NCBI GenBank assembly: GCA_040375695.1 | Contig: JBEIRZ010000002.1 | Location: 2,056 to 66,055, forward strand | Origin: Planctomycetaceae bacterium | GTDB lineage: Bacteria; Planctomycetota; Planctomycetia; Pirellulales; Pirellulaceae | Reading direction: 5' to 3' | DNA: 64,000 bases | In this document: positions 49,170 to 58,506 of the stretch, piece by piece | How the letters are laid out: each line of letters opens with the position of its first letter | Position numbering within the stretch: position 1 is the stretch's first letter | Program-made: the position numbers and the translations under genes | The notes under the pieces: model-generated | The model's input: the letters and a program-made list of their open reading frames with translations, nothing else | Database searches by the model: none | What the model was told of the DNA's origin: nothing

Positions 49170-49197
49170 ACAAGCAACAAGCGAGAAAATTGGCCAA

Positions 49198-49884
49198 ATG
49201 TCTAAACACCTGCAACGTGGCCTGATCACCTTACGCGAAGAACTGCTTTCACTCTTCGGCATCGTCGAGCAGATGATCGACCTGGCGGTAAGATCCTTGG
49301 TCGAACGGAGGGTCGATTTCGCCCGCCGCGTGATCAGCAGTGACGCGACGGTCGATCAGCGTGAGGTCCAATTGGAGGAAGAGTGCCTCAAATTGCTCGC
49401 TTTACATCAGCCTGTGGCGTCGGATTTGCGTGAGGTCATCACCATCGTCAAGATCAACTCGGAGATCGAGCAAATGGCCGACTTGGCCTGCAATATCGCC
49501 GAGCGCGCGATTGATCTCGATATGTTCCCCACGTTCACCGTTCCTGAAGAGCTCAACGATATGGTGACGGAAGCGATCTCCATGGTCCGCGGGGCACTTG
49601 ATGCTTTCGTCACCGGCAACGCCGATAAGGCACGCGAGGTGATCCGCGATGACGACGTCGTCGATGAATTGAACCGGGTGATCATCGAACACCTGCAGCA
49701 AGTGATGAGTACCTCCCGAGACCAGATCATCCCAGGGGTGCATTGCTTCAGTGCCGCACGAAACATCGAGCGGGTTGCGGATCTGGCAACAAGCCTCGCC
49801 GAAGACACGATCTACCTGATCGAAGGGGAAATCGTTAGGCATCGTCAGCACGAAAAACCTCATCCCCCAGTAGATGGAAATTAA
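49198..49884 (+). CDS. phoU: PhoU-family phosphate signalling regulator
   Basis: The ATG at 49198 gives MSKHLQRGL.... Two PhoU repeats carry the conserved D..VD/E..C and ARNIERVADLA motifs. Length is ~228 aa. Confidence 0.9.
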   Translation: MSKHLQRGLITLREELLSLFGIVEQMIDLAVRSLVERRVDFARRVISSDATVDQREVQLEEECLKLLALHQPVASDLREVITIVKINSEIEQMADLACNIAERAIDLDMFPTFTVPEELNDMVTEAISMVRGALDAFVTGNADKAREVIRDDDVVDELNRVIIEHLQQVMSTSRDQIIPGVHCFSAARNIERVADLATSLAEDTIYLIEGEIVRHRQHEKPHPPVDGN

Positions 49885-51716
49885 TCGAGCCCTTCGTGCG
49901 CGACCTCTGCCCAATAGTCCTCGAAGGCCCCGTCTTTGTGAAAATCGGGGCTGTTATCCAGATCATGGCATTCCAGACAACGGTCCTTGGCCTTCTCAAG
50001 AGGCAATCTCATCGCGACCCTCAGCAGGTCTCGCTGGGCTTCCTCAATCCCGGAGTTCTCCCGCTCGGCCTGGGAATGCTTCTCGCCGGGTCCGTGGCAG
50101 TTTTCACACCCATTCCCCTTCAGATGGCTGCTATCCTCCAGCGAAAGGTATCCCGCTTCATAGGGGTAGTAATTCTGCGGGTTCCAACCGGTAACGTGGC
50201 AACTGATGCACTCAGGGTCAAAGTGCCTAGGAACATCACCCCTCTCCCCTGGCTTGACGATGTCATCGGTAGCTCGAAAGTGAGGCGTCCCCTCCCAAAT
50301 GGCATAGGCGGTCGTATGGCACTCTCCACAAATCTTCGAGCCGACAAAGCGATCCCCGGCAGGATGTGCGATCGGTCGCAAACCGAGACCGGAAAGGCCT
50401 AATGCCTTGAGCTGGTCCTGGTAGTTCGCCATCAATTGACGCATGGCAGGCGCATCTTCGAAGTCGTGCGTCATCGCTACGCGGGCATATCGAAACGGCT
50501 GATCGGGATAAATCCCGACGATTCCGGCATACATGCCTTTGTTTCCGGTGACGATCCAACGGGTATTGCTGCCGACGATCTCTTGGGGACGATAGGTAGG
50601 CTCGCCATAGCCGCCGGCGATCACCAACAGGTCGAACCCAGGAGTCTTGGTAACGATCTCAATCCCCTTTTTTTCCTCCCCGTAAAACATCAGGACCCGA
50701 AAATCGGCCTGCCCCGATGCCATCCCTCGTAACGACTCCGCCACCGCCGACTCGGGTTCAGTAACTTCGATTTCCCCCCCGGTATTTTCGACGGCGGAGG
50801 GATCGAGAACGGAAGTCACGCCGATCCGTCGGCCTCCCGATTCGATGACCTTGTACTTTGCTGTTAACGACGGGTCGATCAAAGTCACGTTGGCCGAGAC
50901 GAATAGCCCTTTTTGTGGATCGTCCGCGGCGGCAACGGCTACCAACTCCCCGACCCCGAGGCTCAGGTCATTTGGCCCGAAACCGACCGCCTGATAGCCC
51001 ATTTGCTGAAGGCCATTCGCGGTGGCCTGGAACTTCACCTCCGATTGCCTCCCGAAACGCCGAACCTGATTACCGGCATCGACAGGGACCAATTTCCAAT
51101 CGAGGGCGCTAAGCTGGCTAAAAAATGTCATCCTTCGAGCGAGCCCACCTTTCTGGTTTTCGAGGCCGGTGCAGCCGCAAGGCTCGATGTAGCCATACTG
51201 ATTGCCAGTGACAACGAGTGCGACCTGAGGGGCGGGCCAGCTTTGGTAGCTCTCGGGCTCTGCCCCGCCTTCGGCATCGGTGGGTTCGCTTTGACCCGCT
51301 GGGGTCAATTGCAGGGAATTGTCGGCAGTTTTTTCTAGACCGCCATCCTCTGTCGGCGCCGGATCGCTGACTTTGTCAGCGGCAAGCATGGGGGACAGGT
51401 TGACGTTCGCCTGCGACCCCTTGGGCAACGCCGGAGGCTCAATCACCTGTTGTTCGACACCCTTCTTGGCAAAAGCCGGAGGCGTCGAAGCTTCAGCCGA
51501 GGGTGGGGGCTCCGGGGCGGAAGGCATCGGCTGTGACGTCTGCATGCGAGAGTCAGGAAGCCGAACACCCATGTCGGTGGGATCAACCGGTTGCGGGGAT
51601 TCCGACGAGCCGCACCCGGACGCAACCAATGCCAAGCAAAACAGGGCTATGGCCGTTCCCTGAGCAAGAAACTGTCGAGGCGATCCGTTTTCGGTTGACA
51701 GCTGATCGCTATTCAT
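49881..51716 (-). CDS. Secreted tetraheme c-type cytochrome fused to a degenerate metallophosphoesterase/5'-nucleotidase-like N-terminal region
   Basis: The C-terminal ~170 aa contains four CxxCH motifs: CGECH, CISCH, CENCH and CLECH. The upstream region resembles a UshA-like fold, but a CGC motif (YGYIEPCGCTG) sits where the metal-binding motif is expected. An N-terminal TM/lipoprotein-like segment (ALFCLALVASGCG) is present. Confidence 0.8.
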   Translation of the reverse strand: MNSDQLSTENGSPRQFLAQGTAIALFCLALVASGCGSSESPQPVDPTDMGVRLPDSRMQTSQPMPSAPEPPPSAEASTPPAFAKKGVEQQVIEPPALPKGSQANVNLSPMLAADKVSDPAPTEDGGLEKTADNSLQLTPAGQSEPTDAEGGAEPESYQSWPAPQVALVVTGNQYGYIEPCGCTGLENQKGGLARRMTFFSQLSALDWKLVPVDAGNQVRRFGRQSEVKFQATANGLQQMGYQAVGFGPNDLSLGVGELVAVAAADDPQKGLFVSANVTLIDPSLTAKYKVIESGGRRIGVTSVLDPSAVENTGGEIEVTEPESAVAESLRGMASGQADFRVLMFYGEEKKGIEIVTKTPGFDLLVIAGGYGEPTYRPQEIVGSNTRWIVTGNKGMYAGIVGIYPDQPFRYARVAMTHDFEDAPAMRQLMANYQDQLKALGLSGLGLRPIAHPAGDRFVGSKICGECHTTAYAIWEGTPHFRATDDIVKPGERGDVPRHFDPECISCHVTGWNPQNYYPYEAGYLSLEDSSHLKGNGCENCHGPGEKHSQAERENSGIEEAQRDLLRVAMRLPLEKAKDRCLECHDLDNSPDFHKDGAFEDYWAEVAHEGLD

Positions 51717-51809
51717 ATCGGGATCCGTTGTCCGATGGGTGCAGGACGGGGGTAGTTGACAGAGCCCATCATCGGTCGAAGCCCAATTCGGAGTGAATAG
51801 GGCAACCGA

Positions 51810-53093
51810 TCAACCGGTGACCGCCGCGCCTTTGTCGCGTTGCTGGTTTCGCAACTGGCTCATGGTTTCGACAATCGCCTCGGCCTGGCTACGGATGACA
51901 TCGGCAAACCTTCCCTGGCTCTTCATAAGTTGATTATCGGCAAGTGTAGAATCAACCTGAGCCCAATCGATCTGCCATTCCCTTTCCCGGGCCGCCTCTC
52001 GGAGCGCAACGAGGACTTGATCCAACATCCGCGGCAGGTCCCCAGAAGGCTTTGCGGGGGCAGTCCGATAGGGTGGCGAGCGACGCGGCATTTCCGCCTT
52101 GCCGGAGGTGGAAGCCGTGGGGCGTTTCAAAGATCGGACTAATTGCGCGGCTCCGACGACTGCGGAAATGATGGCCAAAATCAAGGCAACCACCATCGTG
52201 CCGCGATTCCCAAACGATTCCAGCAGACCCGCGGTTCCCAAACAGACAAGGGTCGCGAGTGTCATGGGCCATGGCCAAGTGCTACCCCCGGTCATCGTCA
52301 ACCTCGGTTCCCCAACCGGCTTATCGACCTGCTGTAAATCAATGACGATCGCCGTAATATTGTCCGGCCCTCCCCGAAGATTTGCCAAGTCGACGAGCAA
52401 TCTCGCGGCCAGATCAGGACGGAGTATTCCGAGTAATGGGCCGATCTCTTCGTCGCGCAATTGGCCGGTTAGCCCATCGCTACAAAGCAGAAATCGATCC
52501 CCGCTGCGAACTTCGAACGGCCCTTCGATGTCAACGAGGACATGCGAGGAGGGACCGAGCGAGCGGGTGATGATGTTTTTGGGAATGGAACCGGAAGCTT
52601 GGCTGCCAGGCTTGATTTGGCCCGAAGCCTGCATCTCCCAGAGAAGGCTGTGATCAAATGTCAATTGTTCCAATTTTTGGTCGCGGACACGATAAATCCG
52701 GCTATCGCCGACATGGGCGATAATCGCCCCTTCGGACAAAATGGCCAACGAACTCACTGTGGTTCCCATGTTGTGGAACTCAGGGTTTTGGCGCCCCCGC
52801 TGATGAATATCTTGGTTGGCCTGCTCAACGGCGGAGCGCAAGGCCTCAACCGGATCCGAATCGTTTTGGCGGAGGTAATAGAGTGGGACTCGTTCGCTGG
52901 CGATCTTGCTAGCTAATTCACCAGCCGCATGCGCCCCCATCCCATCGGCTACTAAAAAGAGATGACCACGCCCCCTGAGGCGCTCCGGGGAATCCGCGGG
53001 GACGGCCGCATGGGCATCCTGGTTGTTGGAACGCCGCATCCCAACATCTGTAACCGCAGCAAAGTCGATCGAGGATTTCCAGTATGCGGACAC
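51810..53093 (-). CDS. PP2C-family Ser/Thr protein phosphatase with a C-terminal membrane anchor
   Basis: PP2C motifs are DVGMRRSNNQDA, FLVADGMGAHAAGE, LCSDGL and GGPDNITAIV. TM helices and a cytoplasmic tail follow. Confidence 0.9.
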   Translation of the reverse strand: MSAYWKSSIDFAAVTDVGMRRSNNQDAHAAVPADSPERLRGRGHLFLVADGMGAHAAGELASKIASERVPLYYLRQNDSDPVEALRSAVEQANQDIHQRGRQNPEFHNMGTTVSSLAILSEGAIIAHVGDSRIYRVRDQKLEQLTFDHSLLWEMQASGQIKPGSQASGSIPKNIITRSLGPSSHVLVDIEGPFEVRSGDRFLLCSDGLTGQLRDEEIGPLLGILRPDLAARLLVDLANLRGGPDNITAIVIDLQQVDKPVGEPRLTMTGGSTWPWPMTLATLVCLGTAGLLESFGNRGTMVVALILAIISAVVGAAQLVRSLKRPTASTSGKAEMPRRSPPYRTAPAKPSGDLPRMLDQVLVALREAAREREWQIDWAQVDSTLADNQLMKSQGRFADVIRSQAEAIVETMSQLRNQQRDKGAAVTG

Positions 53094-53264
53094 GATCTCT
53101 GGGGGTGCAGGCGGAGTCGGTCAAGCGGGATCGGATCATTAATAGTCGCTGGTCTCAGCAGTTTTGGCAAGATGGAGACGCCAAGAGGCTTGCCAGCGCC
53201 GCGGAGATCGACCACAATTGCCCTTCGCTCGACCGGAACCACTCGCGGGTTTTTGGCGGGTAGA

Positions 53265-53353
53265 GGAGCGGTGGCTGAGTGGTCGAAAGCGCCGGTTTGC
53301 TAAATCGGTGAACTGGGAAACCGGTTCCGCAGGTTCGAATCCTGTCCGCTCCG
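53265..53353 (+). tRNA. tRNA-Ser (anticodon GCU), class II
   Basis: I folded it by hand. The acceptor stem is GGAGCGG/CCGCTCC. The anticodon stem CCGGT/ATCGG closes the loop TTGCTAA. It has a long variable arm and the T-loop TTCGAAT. The discriminator is G. CCA is not encoded. Confidence 0.9.
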
Positions 53354-53428
53354 CTGGAATCATTTGCGCGAAACTTCGCTTCGAACGGTTATTCGAGACG
53401 TTTCTTCGCGGTCTCCGAGATGCCACAT

Positions 53429-53501
<73 letters not shown>

Positions 53502-53740
53502 CTTTATCCGCTCTATAGGGGCGTTGGTCAAATCTTGGCCTGTTTGCGACGCTAACGAATCACTGGATTCGTGCCTGCTACCTGGACGAAATCCGGTCTT
53601 TCCAATCGTCCGACGGGATACGACAATCATTTTCGGCAATCAAAGGAGTCTTGAACCTTAGCCAGAAATCACGTCGTCGCTTCCCGTGATGAGGTTCTGT
53701 TTCATTTGAGGTAATTTCCTAATCTCGGGAGTCGATACGC

Positions 53741-55132
53741 CTAATCGTTGAAATCCCCCCAAATAGCAGGCGATTTGTAGCCCTTACCCTTCGGTTCGAC
53801 TTTAGGAGGGGTGGATTCTCCTTGGTACTGTCGAAAAACAGCGAGAAGCTCATTCGCACGTTCAGGAAAGCGGGAGGCGAGATTCGTCGTCTCCGAAATG
53901 TCCTGCGAAAGGTCAAACAGTTCGAGACGTGGATCTCCCGAGAAAACCTCGTTCCGTTGGCCATCAAATCCGGCATTGGCCAACGCACCATTGACGACAA
54001 GCTTCCAGTCACCTGCGCGAATCGCACCCGAAACAGGGGTGGCATTGATCAGAAGGTGCTCATGCGGCGTCGGCTTACCTTGCACAAGCGTGGGCCATAT
54101 GTCACGGCCATCGAGCGGCAATTTCTGGTCGACGGTCGCCCCTGCCACGCGCAGCAGGGTCGGATACCAATCAACCATGTGGAGCGGTTCATCGATTTTC
54201 GACCCCGCCGGGATCACGCCGGGCCAGTTGGCGAATGCCGCAACGCGAACGCCACCCTCGTAATGCGTCCCCTTACCGGCACGCAACTCCCCGTTGCTCG
54301 TGACCACGCCGGGGGCCGGTCCGCCGTTATCGCTAGAAAAAACGACCAGTGTTTCGTTGCGGATTCCCACTCGGTCCACCGCCGCCATGATTTCGCCGAT
54401 CGCCTCATCCATGGCCGCCAACATCGCGGCGTACAACCGCCGGTCACCACCCAACAGCGGATAATCGGTCAGGTATCTTTCAGGAACCTGATGCGGAGAG
54501 TGGACCGCATTGAACGGGACATAAAGGAAAAAAGGGCGTTTCGTCGCATACCGTTCGACGATACTCACCGCCTCCTTGGCAATCAAGTGAGTGCTGTAAC
54601 CGGGGTCTCGACAGACTCGATCATCGCGGTGCCAATCGAATCCGCCATCCCGCTCGTGCGTGTTGTAGTCGATCGCTCCGTTGTAATGTCCATATTGGTG
54701 AATAAATCCGCGGCGGGTCGGCAGAAAGTCGGGATGAAAGTGCCCCAGATGCCATTTACCTATGACAGCCGTCACGTAACCCGCAGACGCCAAGCCCTCG
54801 GCAAGGGTCTGTTCCTGCAGTGGCAAGCCATAGCGGGCCCACGGCCTCACGACCCCAACTTGCAGACCGTACCGGATCGGGTAACGGCCCGTCAGCAACG
54901 CCGCGCGAGTGGGTGAACAAACCGGTTGAACATAAAAGGCGTCCAAGGTGACGCCCGTCAATGCGAGCCGATCCAGATGAGGTGTTTTGATCTCGCCGCC
55001 CCGCCAACCAACGTCCCCGCCTCCAAGGTCGTCCGCCAGGATGAAGATGATATTCGGCTGGCGTTCGGCCGCTCTCACGGTGCTAGCCAAGGGCAACCAG
55101 AGCAGCAGAATGCTAAGCAGTGCTCGCCACAT
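53741..55132 (-). CDS. Arylsulfatase (formylglycine-dependent sulfatase family)
   Basis: The signal peptide is MWRALLSILLLWLPLASTVRA. Motifs are NIIFILADDLGGGD, the FGly motif CSPTRAALLTGR, and GKWHLG. Confidence 0.9.
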   Translation of the reverse strand: MWRALLSILLLWLPLASTVRAAERQPNIIFILADDLGGGDVGWRGGEIKTPHLDRLALTGVTLDAFYVQPVCSPTRAALLTGRYPIRYGLQVGVVRPWARYGLPLQEQTLAEGLASAGYVTAVIGKWHLGHFHPDFLPTRRGFIHQYGHYNGAIDYNTHERDGGFDWHRDDRVCRDPGYSTHLIAKEAVSIVERYATKRPFFLYVPFNAVHSPHQVPERYLTDYPLLGGDRRLYAAMLAAMDEAIGEIMAAVDRVGIRNETLVVFSSDNGGPAPGVVTSNGELRAGKGTHYEGGVRVAAFANWPGVIPAGSKIDEPLHMVDWYPTLLRVAGATVDQKLPLDGRDIWPTLVQGKPTPHEHLLINATPVSGAIRAGDWKLVVNGALANAGFDGQRNEVFSGDPRLELFDLSQDISETTNLASRFPERANELLAVFRQYQGESTPPKVEPKGKGYKSPAIWGDFND

Positions 55133-55224
55133 CGAATGTCTTCATGGGGATCACTCGGAGCCGCCCTAACGGGCAGAGTTGGAAATCTTCTGCAGGTGGC
55201 GATGAACGGAAAGAGCCGTTTTCG

Positions 55225-55539
55225 TCACACCGACTGAGGCTCGGAAATCGGTTCCCGCGAGGGAAAACGATCGGCTAAAAAAAATCGCTCCCACCAGCGT
55301 GCATGTCGAAGGCGGAAATCATCGGCCGCGATCTCGTGAAGCTTCCCCTGTCGGGTGCGAAGCTCTAACGTTCCATCCCCCAGAATACGATTGACCACCC
55401 AATACTTATCGACGACGTAGTGATAGGCCTCGCCCTTGGGGGAGGGGAACACCCCTTTGGCACGAGGACCTGGCGAAACGCTCGATTTCTGTTTGCGGTA
55501 GACGACCCAGTCGCCCACTTGCCAATTCGATTCTTGCAT
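55225..55539 (-). CDS. Hypothetical small protein
   Basis: The ATG at 55539 is preceded by GAGGGGG. Translation begins MQESNWQVGDWVVYRKQ.... The composition looks like a small beta-rich domain. No family was recognised. Confidence 0.55.
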   Translation of the reverse strand: MQESNWQVGDWVVYRKQKSSVSPGPRAKGVFPSPKGEAYHYVVDKYWVVNRILGDGTLELRTRQGKLHEIAADDFRLRHARWWERFFLADRFPSREPISEPQSV

Positions 55540-55783
55540 TGGCCCCCTCAAATATCCCGGTAGACCTACCACCGTACCATTCGCAATCCATGACCAACCC
55601 GACATAACGGCTGGTAGCAGAAGCTTGGCCTATAAAAACGGTTCCGACCACCTCCGATCCGGGGACTTTGGCGGCTTAAATGAATATTACTCCTATTTCG
55701 CCTTGGAAGGACAGACGAATCGCCCAAATTTCCGGCACAATCCGCATATTTTCGCCTTGTTTCTGCGACGAGCATCGCCAACT

Positions 55784-57115
55784 TCATTCGGCAAAGATCG
55801 CCTTCTTGATTTGGCCCCAAATAAACAGCATCGCCCCCATCGCGAACAAGGCACCCAGGAGGACCGCCACGAGCACCACTCCGAGTTCGGCGTACACGCT
55901 TAATGACTGATTCCAGACTTTATCCCATCCCACCACTGCCAAGACTGCCCCGAAACAGAGGTAGGGACCGAAGGGTACGGCAGGCTCTCGGGTGGCGATG
56001 TATTGGATAACGACGATCAGAAGTGCGGCTAGCGGTGCAAGAAAAAACGCCGCTAAGGCAGCCTGCCACCCCAAAAAGGCGCCAACCATCGCCATCAGCG
56101 TGACGTCTCCGAAACCCATGGCTTCCTGGCCCATCGCGTAACCGGCGATCAGACGCACTGCCCAAACCGTTCCGCCACCTACGGCGACACCTATCAATGA
56201 ACTGAGCAGGCCGCACCACTGTGGCCCTCCCAGCAACCACACCCCAACAATGCCCCCAGCACCCGCCAACCCTAGCAACAGCAACCCTTTGCTAGCAGGA
56301 TTTCGCGACACACCGTAAACCAAGTAGCGGACAGCCCAACGCCAGCCGCGGCGAGTTACCCAGTGACGGTCAGTGAGGGCAAAAATCCAGACCCACCAGA
56401 TCGCCAGCCCCAAGAGGAAACCGCCCCACCCGCCCCAAGATTCGTCATAGATCCAGGGGACATTGAACGTCGTCGGGGCGACGCCAATCACTTCACCCCA
56501 CCGGACCTTGGCGGGCAGGAAACTCCTCCAAGGACGTGCCGAAAAGAATAACGCGATCAATGTCCCTGGGATCGTGATCGAGTCTGGTATCGTCTGCTCG
56601 TCAAAATCGATCAGTGTTGCTGACACCATCAAAACCCCCAAGCAGGCATGGACGGCGAACAGGACATGAGCCCAAGGGGAAAAGCCGACCAACTGGCGAG
56701 GGCCTCGAAACTCACTCGGCAACAGCCCACCGGATTGGGTGTAATACCAGTACATCACCGGGATGCCGAACGCCAAGACGATCTCGATGAAGATCGGCCG
56801 GATCCAGAAACCGCGGCCATGGAGCGTTGCCTCCTGACGTCTCCCGAACCAACCGAGAACCGGTATCCGGTCAACAACGCGACGCGAAGGGAAGGACGCC
56901 GGCGGTTTGCCCCAAGGGCTAATTGGCCTGGGGAAAAAAGCCCAGGAATAGGCGGTGTGATTGACAAATGCCCCACCGATCAGACCCGCCAGGGCCAAAA
57001 ACAGATAGCGCCAGGGCATGGCGATGCTATCGATCCATTCCATCAAGACACCCCGCCGACGACATGGCTTCCGCGGTTCGAACCTGTCTAAATTCTTCGG
57101 CCAAGCCCGCGGCAC
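55784..57115 (-). CDS. Prepilin peptidase (A24 family aspartic protease)
   Basis: The protein is polytopic. The N-terminal domain has IPVLGWF...IRP..IE. The second catalytic Asp lies in GFGDVTLMAMVGAFLGW. An alternative start is ATG 57043 (MEWIDS). Confidence 0.85.
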   Translation of the reverse strand: MPRAWPKNLDRFEPRKPCRRRGVLMEWIDSIAMPWRYLFLALAGLIGGAFVNHTAYSWAFFPRPISPWGKPPASFPSRRVVDRIPVLGWFGRRQEATLHGRGFWIRPIFIEIVLAFGIPVMYWYYTQSGGLLPSEFRGPRQLVGFSPWAHVLFAVHACLGVLMVSATLIDFDEQTIPDSITIPGTLIALFFSARPWRSFLPAKVRWGEVIGVAPTTFNVPWIYDESWGGWGGFLLGLAIWWVWIFALTDRHWVTRRGWRWAVRYLVYGVSRNPASKGLLLLGLAGAGGIVGVWLLGGPQWCGLLSSLIGVAVGGGTVWAVRLIAGYAMGQEAMGFGDVTLMAMVGAFLGWQAALAAFFLAPLAALLIVVIQYIATREPAVPFGPYLCFGAVLAVVGWDKVWNQSLSVYAELGVVLVAVLLGALFAMGAMLFIWGQIKKAIFAE

Positions 57116-57151
57116 ACGGCTTATCGTAGCGGAATCCCAACGCCTCGACCG

Positions 57152-58255
57152 CTACTCACCTGGTTCCCGTGCCGGCGCTGGCAAGAGTTCTACCTCTCCG
57201 CCTCGAGGGGACAACTCCGCTTCGCCGATCGATCGATTGGCAGGAACAAGCCGCAAATCCTCCTGCGGAAGAAGCGGATCGACGAATTCTCCGGTAGCAG
57301 ATTCGGTGTTCGCCGGCGGCACCACGGCCGGTGGATCGGATGTGTTAGAACGTTGAATTATCGAAGGCATCCCCTGCCAATCCCCTTCGCCCAACGGGTA
57401 GGGTCCTGGCAGTGAAACGTAGCGGATTAGCCACCGGTGGGTCTCCTCAAATCCGTTAGCCCGAGCCACGAGAACCAATCTTCGGTCGCGGGCGACCGCT
57501 TCGTACCGCGCGATCAGATCTCCAAACGCAGCCGGGTCTTCCCCGCGGTCGATCGCGGCAACGATCCGTTGCGGTTGGAGTTCGCCCAACCAAACGTCGC
57601 CATCCGTCATCCTTGAAAGGCTAGATGTCAAACGATTGGCGGCCGCCCTCAATTGCTCTGGCAACTCCTCATCGGAAATGTGACCTCGCCTGCGACCATC
57701 CCCGGGCACGAACGACATCCCGGGCACGACACCGCCATGGGAAAAGCTCGGTGAAGAAGCGGCCGGAGTTGAACCCCGGGGCGGCACCCAAGCGGATGGG
57801 TCGACAACCTGGGGGGCAACTAATCGAGATCGGGACATGTGGTAAAACATGTCCCCGGTCGCATAACGATCGGAAAAATCGTCCCCGTAGCGGTGTTCCC
57901 GCGTCCGGTAAAGGAGCATTCGATTCAATAGGTAGTCTTGGCGTTCCTGCTCCCGAACGGAAGGATCCTTCTCCGGCACTACCCGATGGTCGTGCCACGG
58001 CGGTTCCGGCCCGATCGCCTCGACTCCCGCAGGAGGCAATTCGATCGTATCGGGGTCAGCGACCAAAATCGGCTGGCCTGAGCGTGGCGAAGAGACCGCG
58101 GACGGACGGCCGAATCTTGCCGAGAGGGCGCCTCGGGGTTTTGACCTCGCCGATGGTCCCCAAAACCCCCATTGGGCGATGGCCTCTGGGGCAAACCCAA
58201 TCAGACCAAGGACGACCAGGCATGGTCCCAAACGGTAACGCGATAGCCTTTGCAT
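57152..58255 (-). CDS. Hypothetical secreted protein
   Basis: The ATG at 58255 gives the signal peptide MQRLSRYRLGPCLVVLGLIGFAPEAIA. The track ORF extends to 58333. No family was recognised. Confidence 0.6.
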   Translation of the reverse strand: MQRLSRYRLGPCLVVLGLIGFAPEAIAQWGFWGPSARSKPRGALSARFGRPSAVSSPRSGQPILVADPDTIELPPAGVEAIGPEPPWHDHRVVPEKDPSVREQERQDYLLNRMLLYRTREHRYGDDFSDRYATGDMFYHMSRSRLVAPQVVDPSAWVPPRGSTPAASSPSFSHGGVVPGMSFVPGDGRRRGHISDEELPEQLRAAANRLTSSLSRMTDGDVWLGELQPQRIVAAIDRGEDPAAFGDLIARYEAVARDRRLVLVARANGFEETHRWLIRYVSLPGPYPLGEGDWQGMPSIIQRSNTSDPPAVVPPANTESATGEFVDPLLPQEDLRLVPANRSIGEAELSPRGGEVELLPAPAREPGE

Positions 58256-58506
58256 GATCGATCGAGCAACCATTGAGGGGACCGATGTGGTTCCCGGAAG
58301 AAATGGATCGTTTCGGAACCGGGTGCAGACCATTCAGAACACTTCCCGATTGGTAGTTTCGACATTCCTAACGAACACCCCGACGGGAATCTGCCCCGGT
58401 CCCTACCATCGATCCAGCCCGAAACAATGGCCCATTCGGTGGGATCGAAAACGGCCGAAATTCAAAACGCCAATGAAGCTCAGCGATACGCATCGCTCCG
58501 TGAGGG

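Noticed and set aside
53502-53740. Genomic island boundary downstream of tRNA-Lys
   Set aside because: There is no integrase, no repeat of the tRNA 3' end that I could detect, and downstream genes resemble the rest of the window in composition and content.
53822-54916. 364-aa plus-strand ORF overlapping the sulfatase
   Set aside because: It is antisense to a sulfatase with signal peptide, FGly motif and full-length family pattern.
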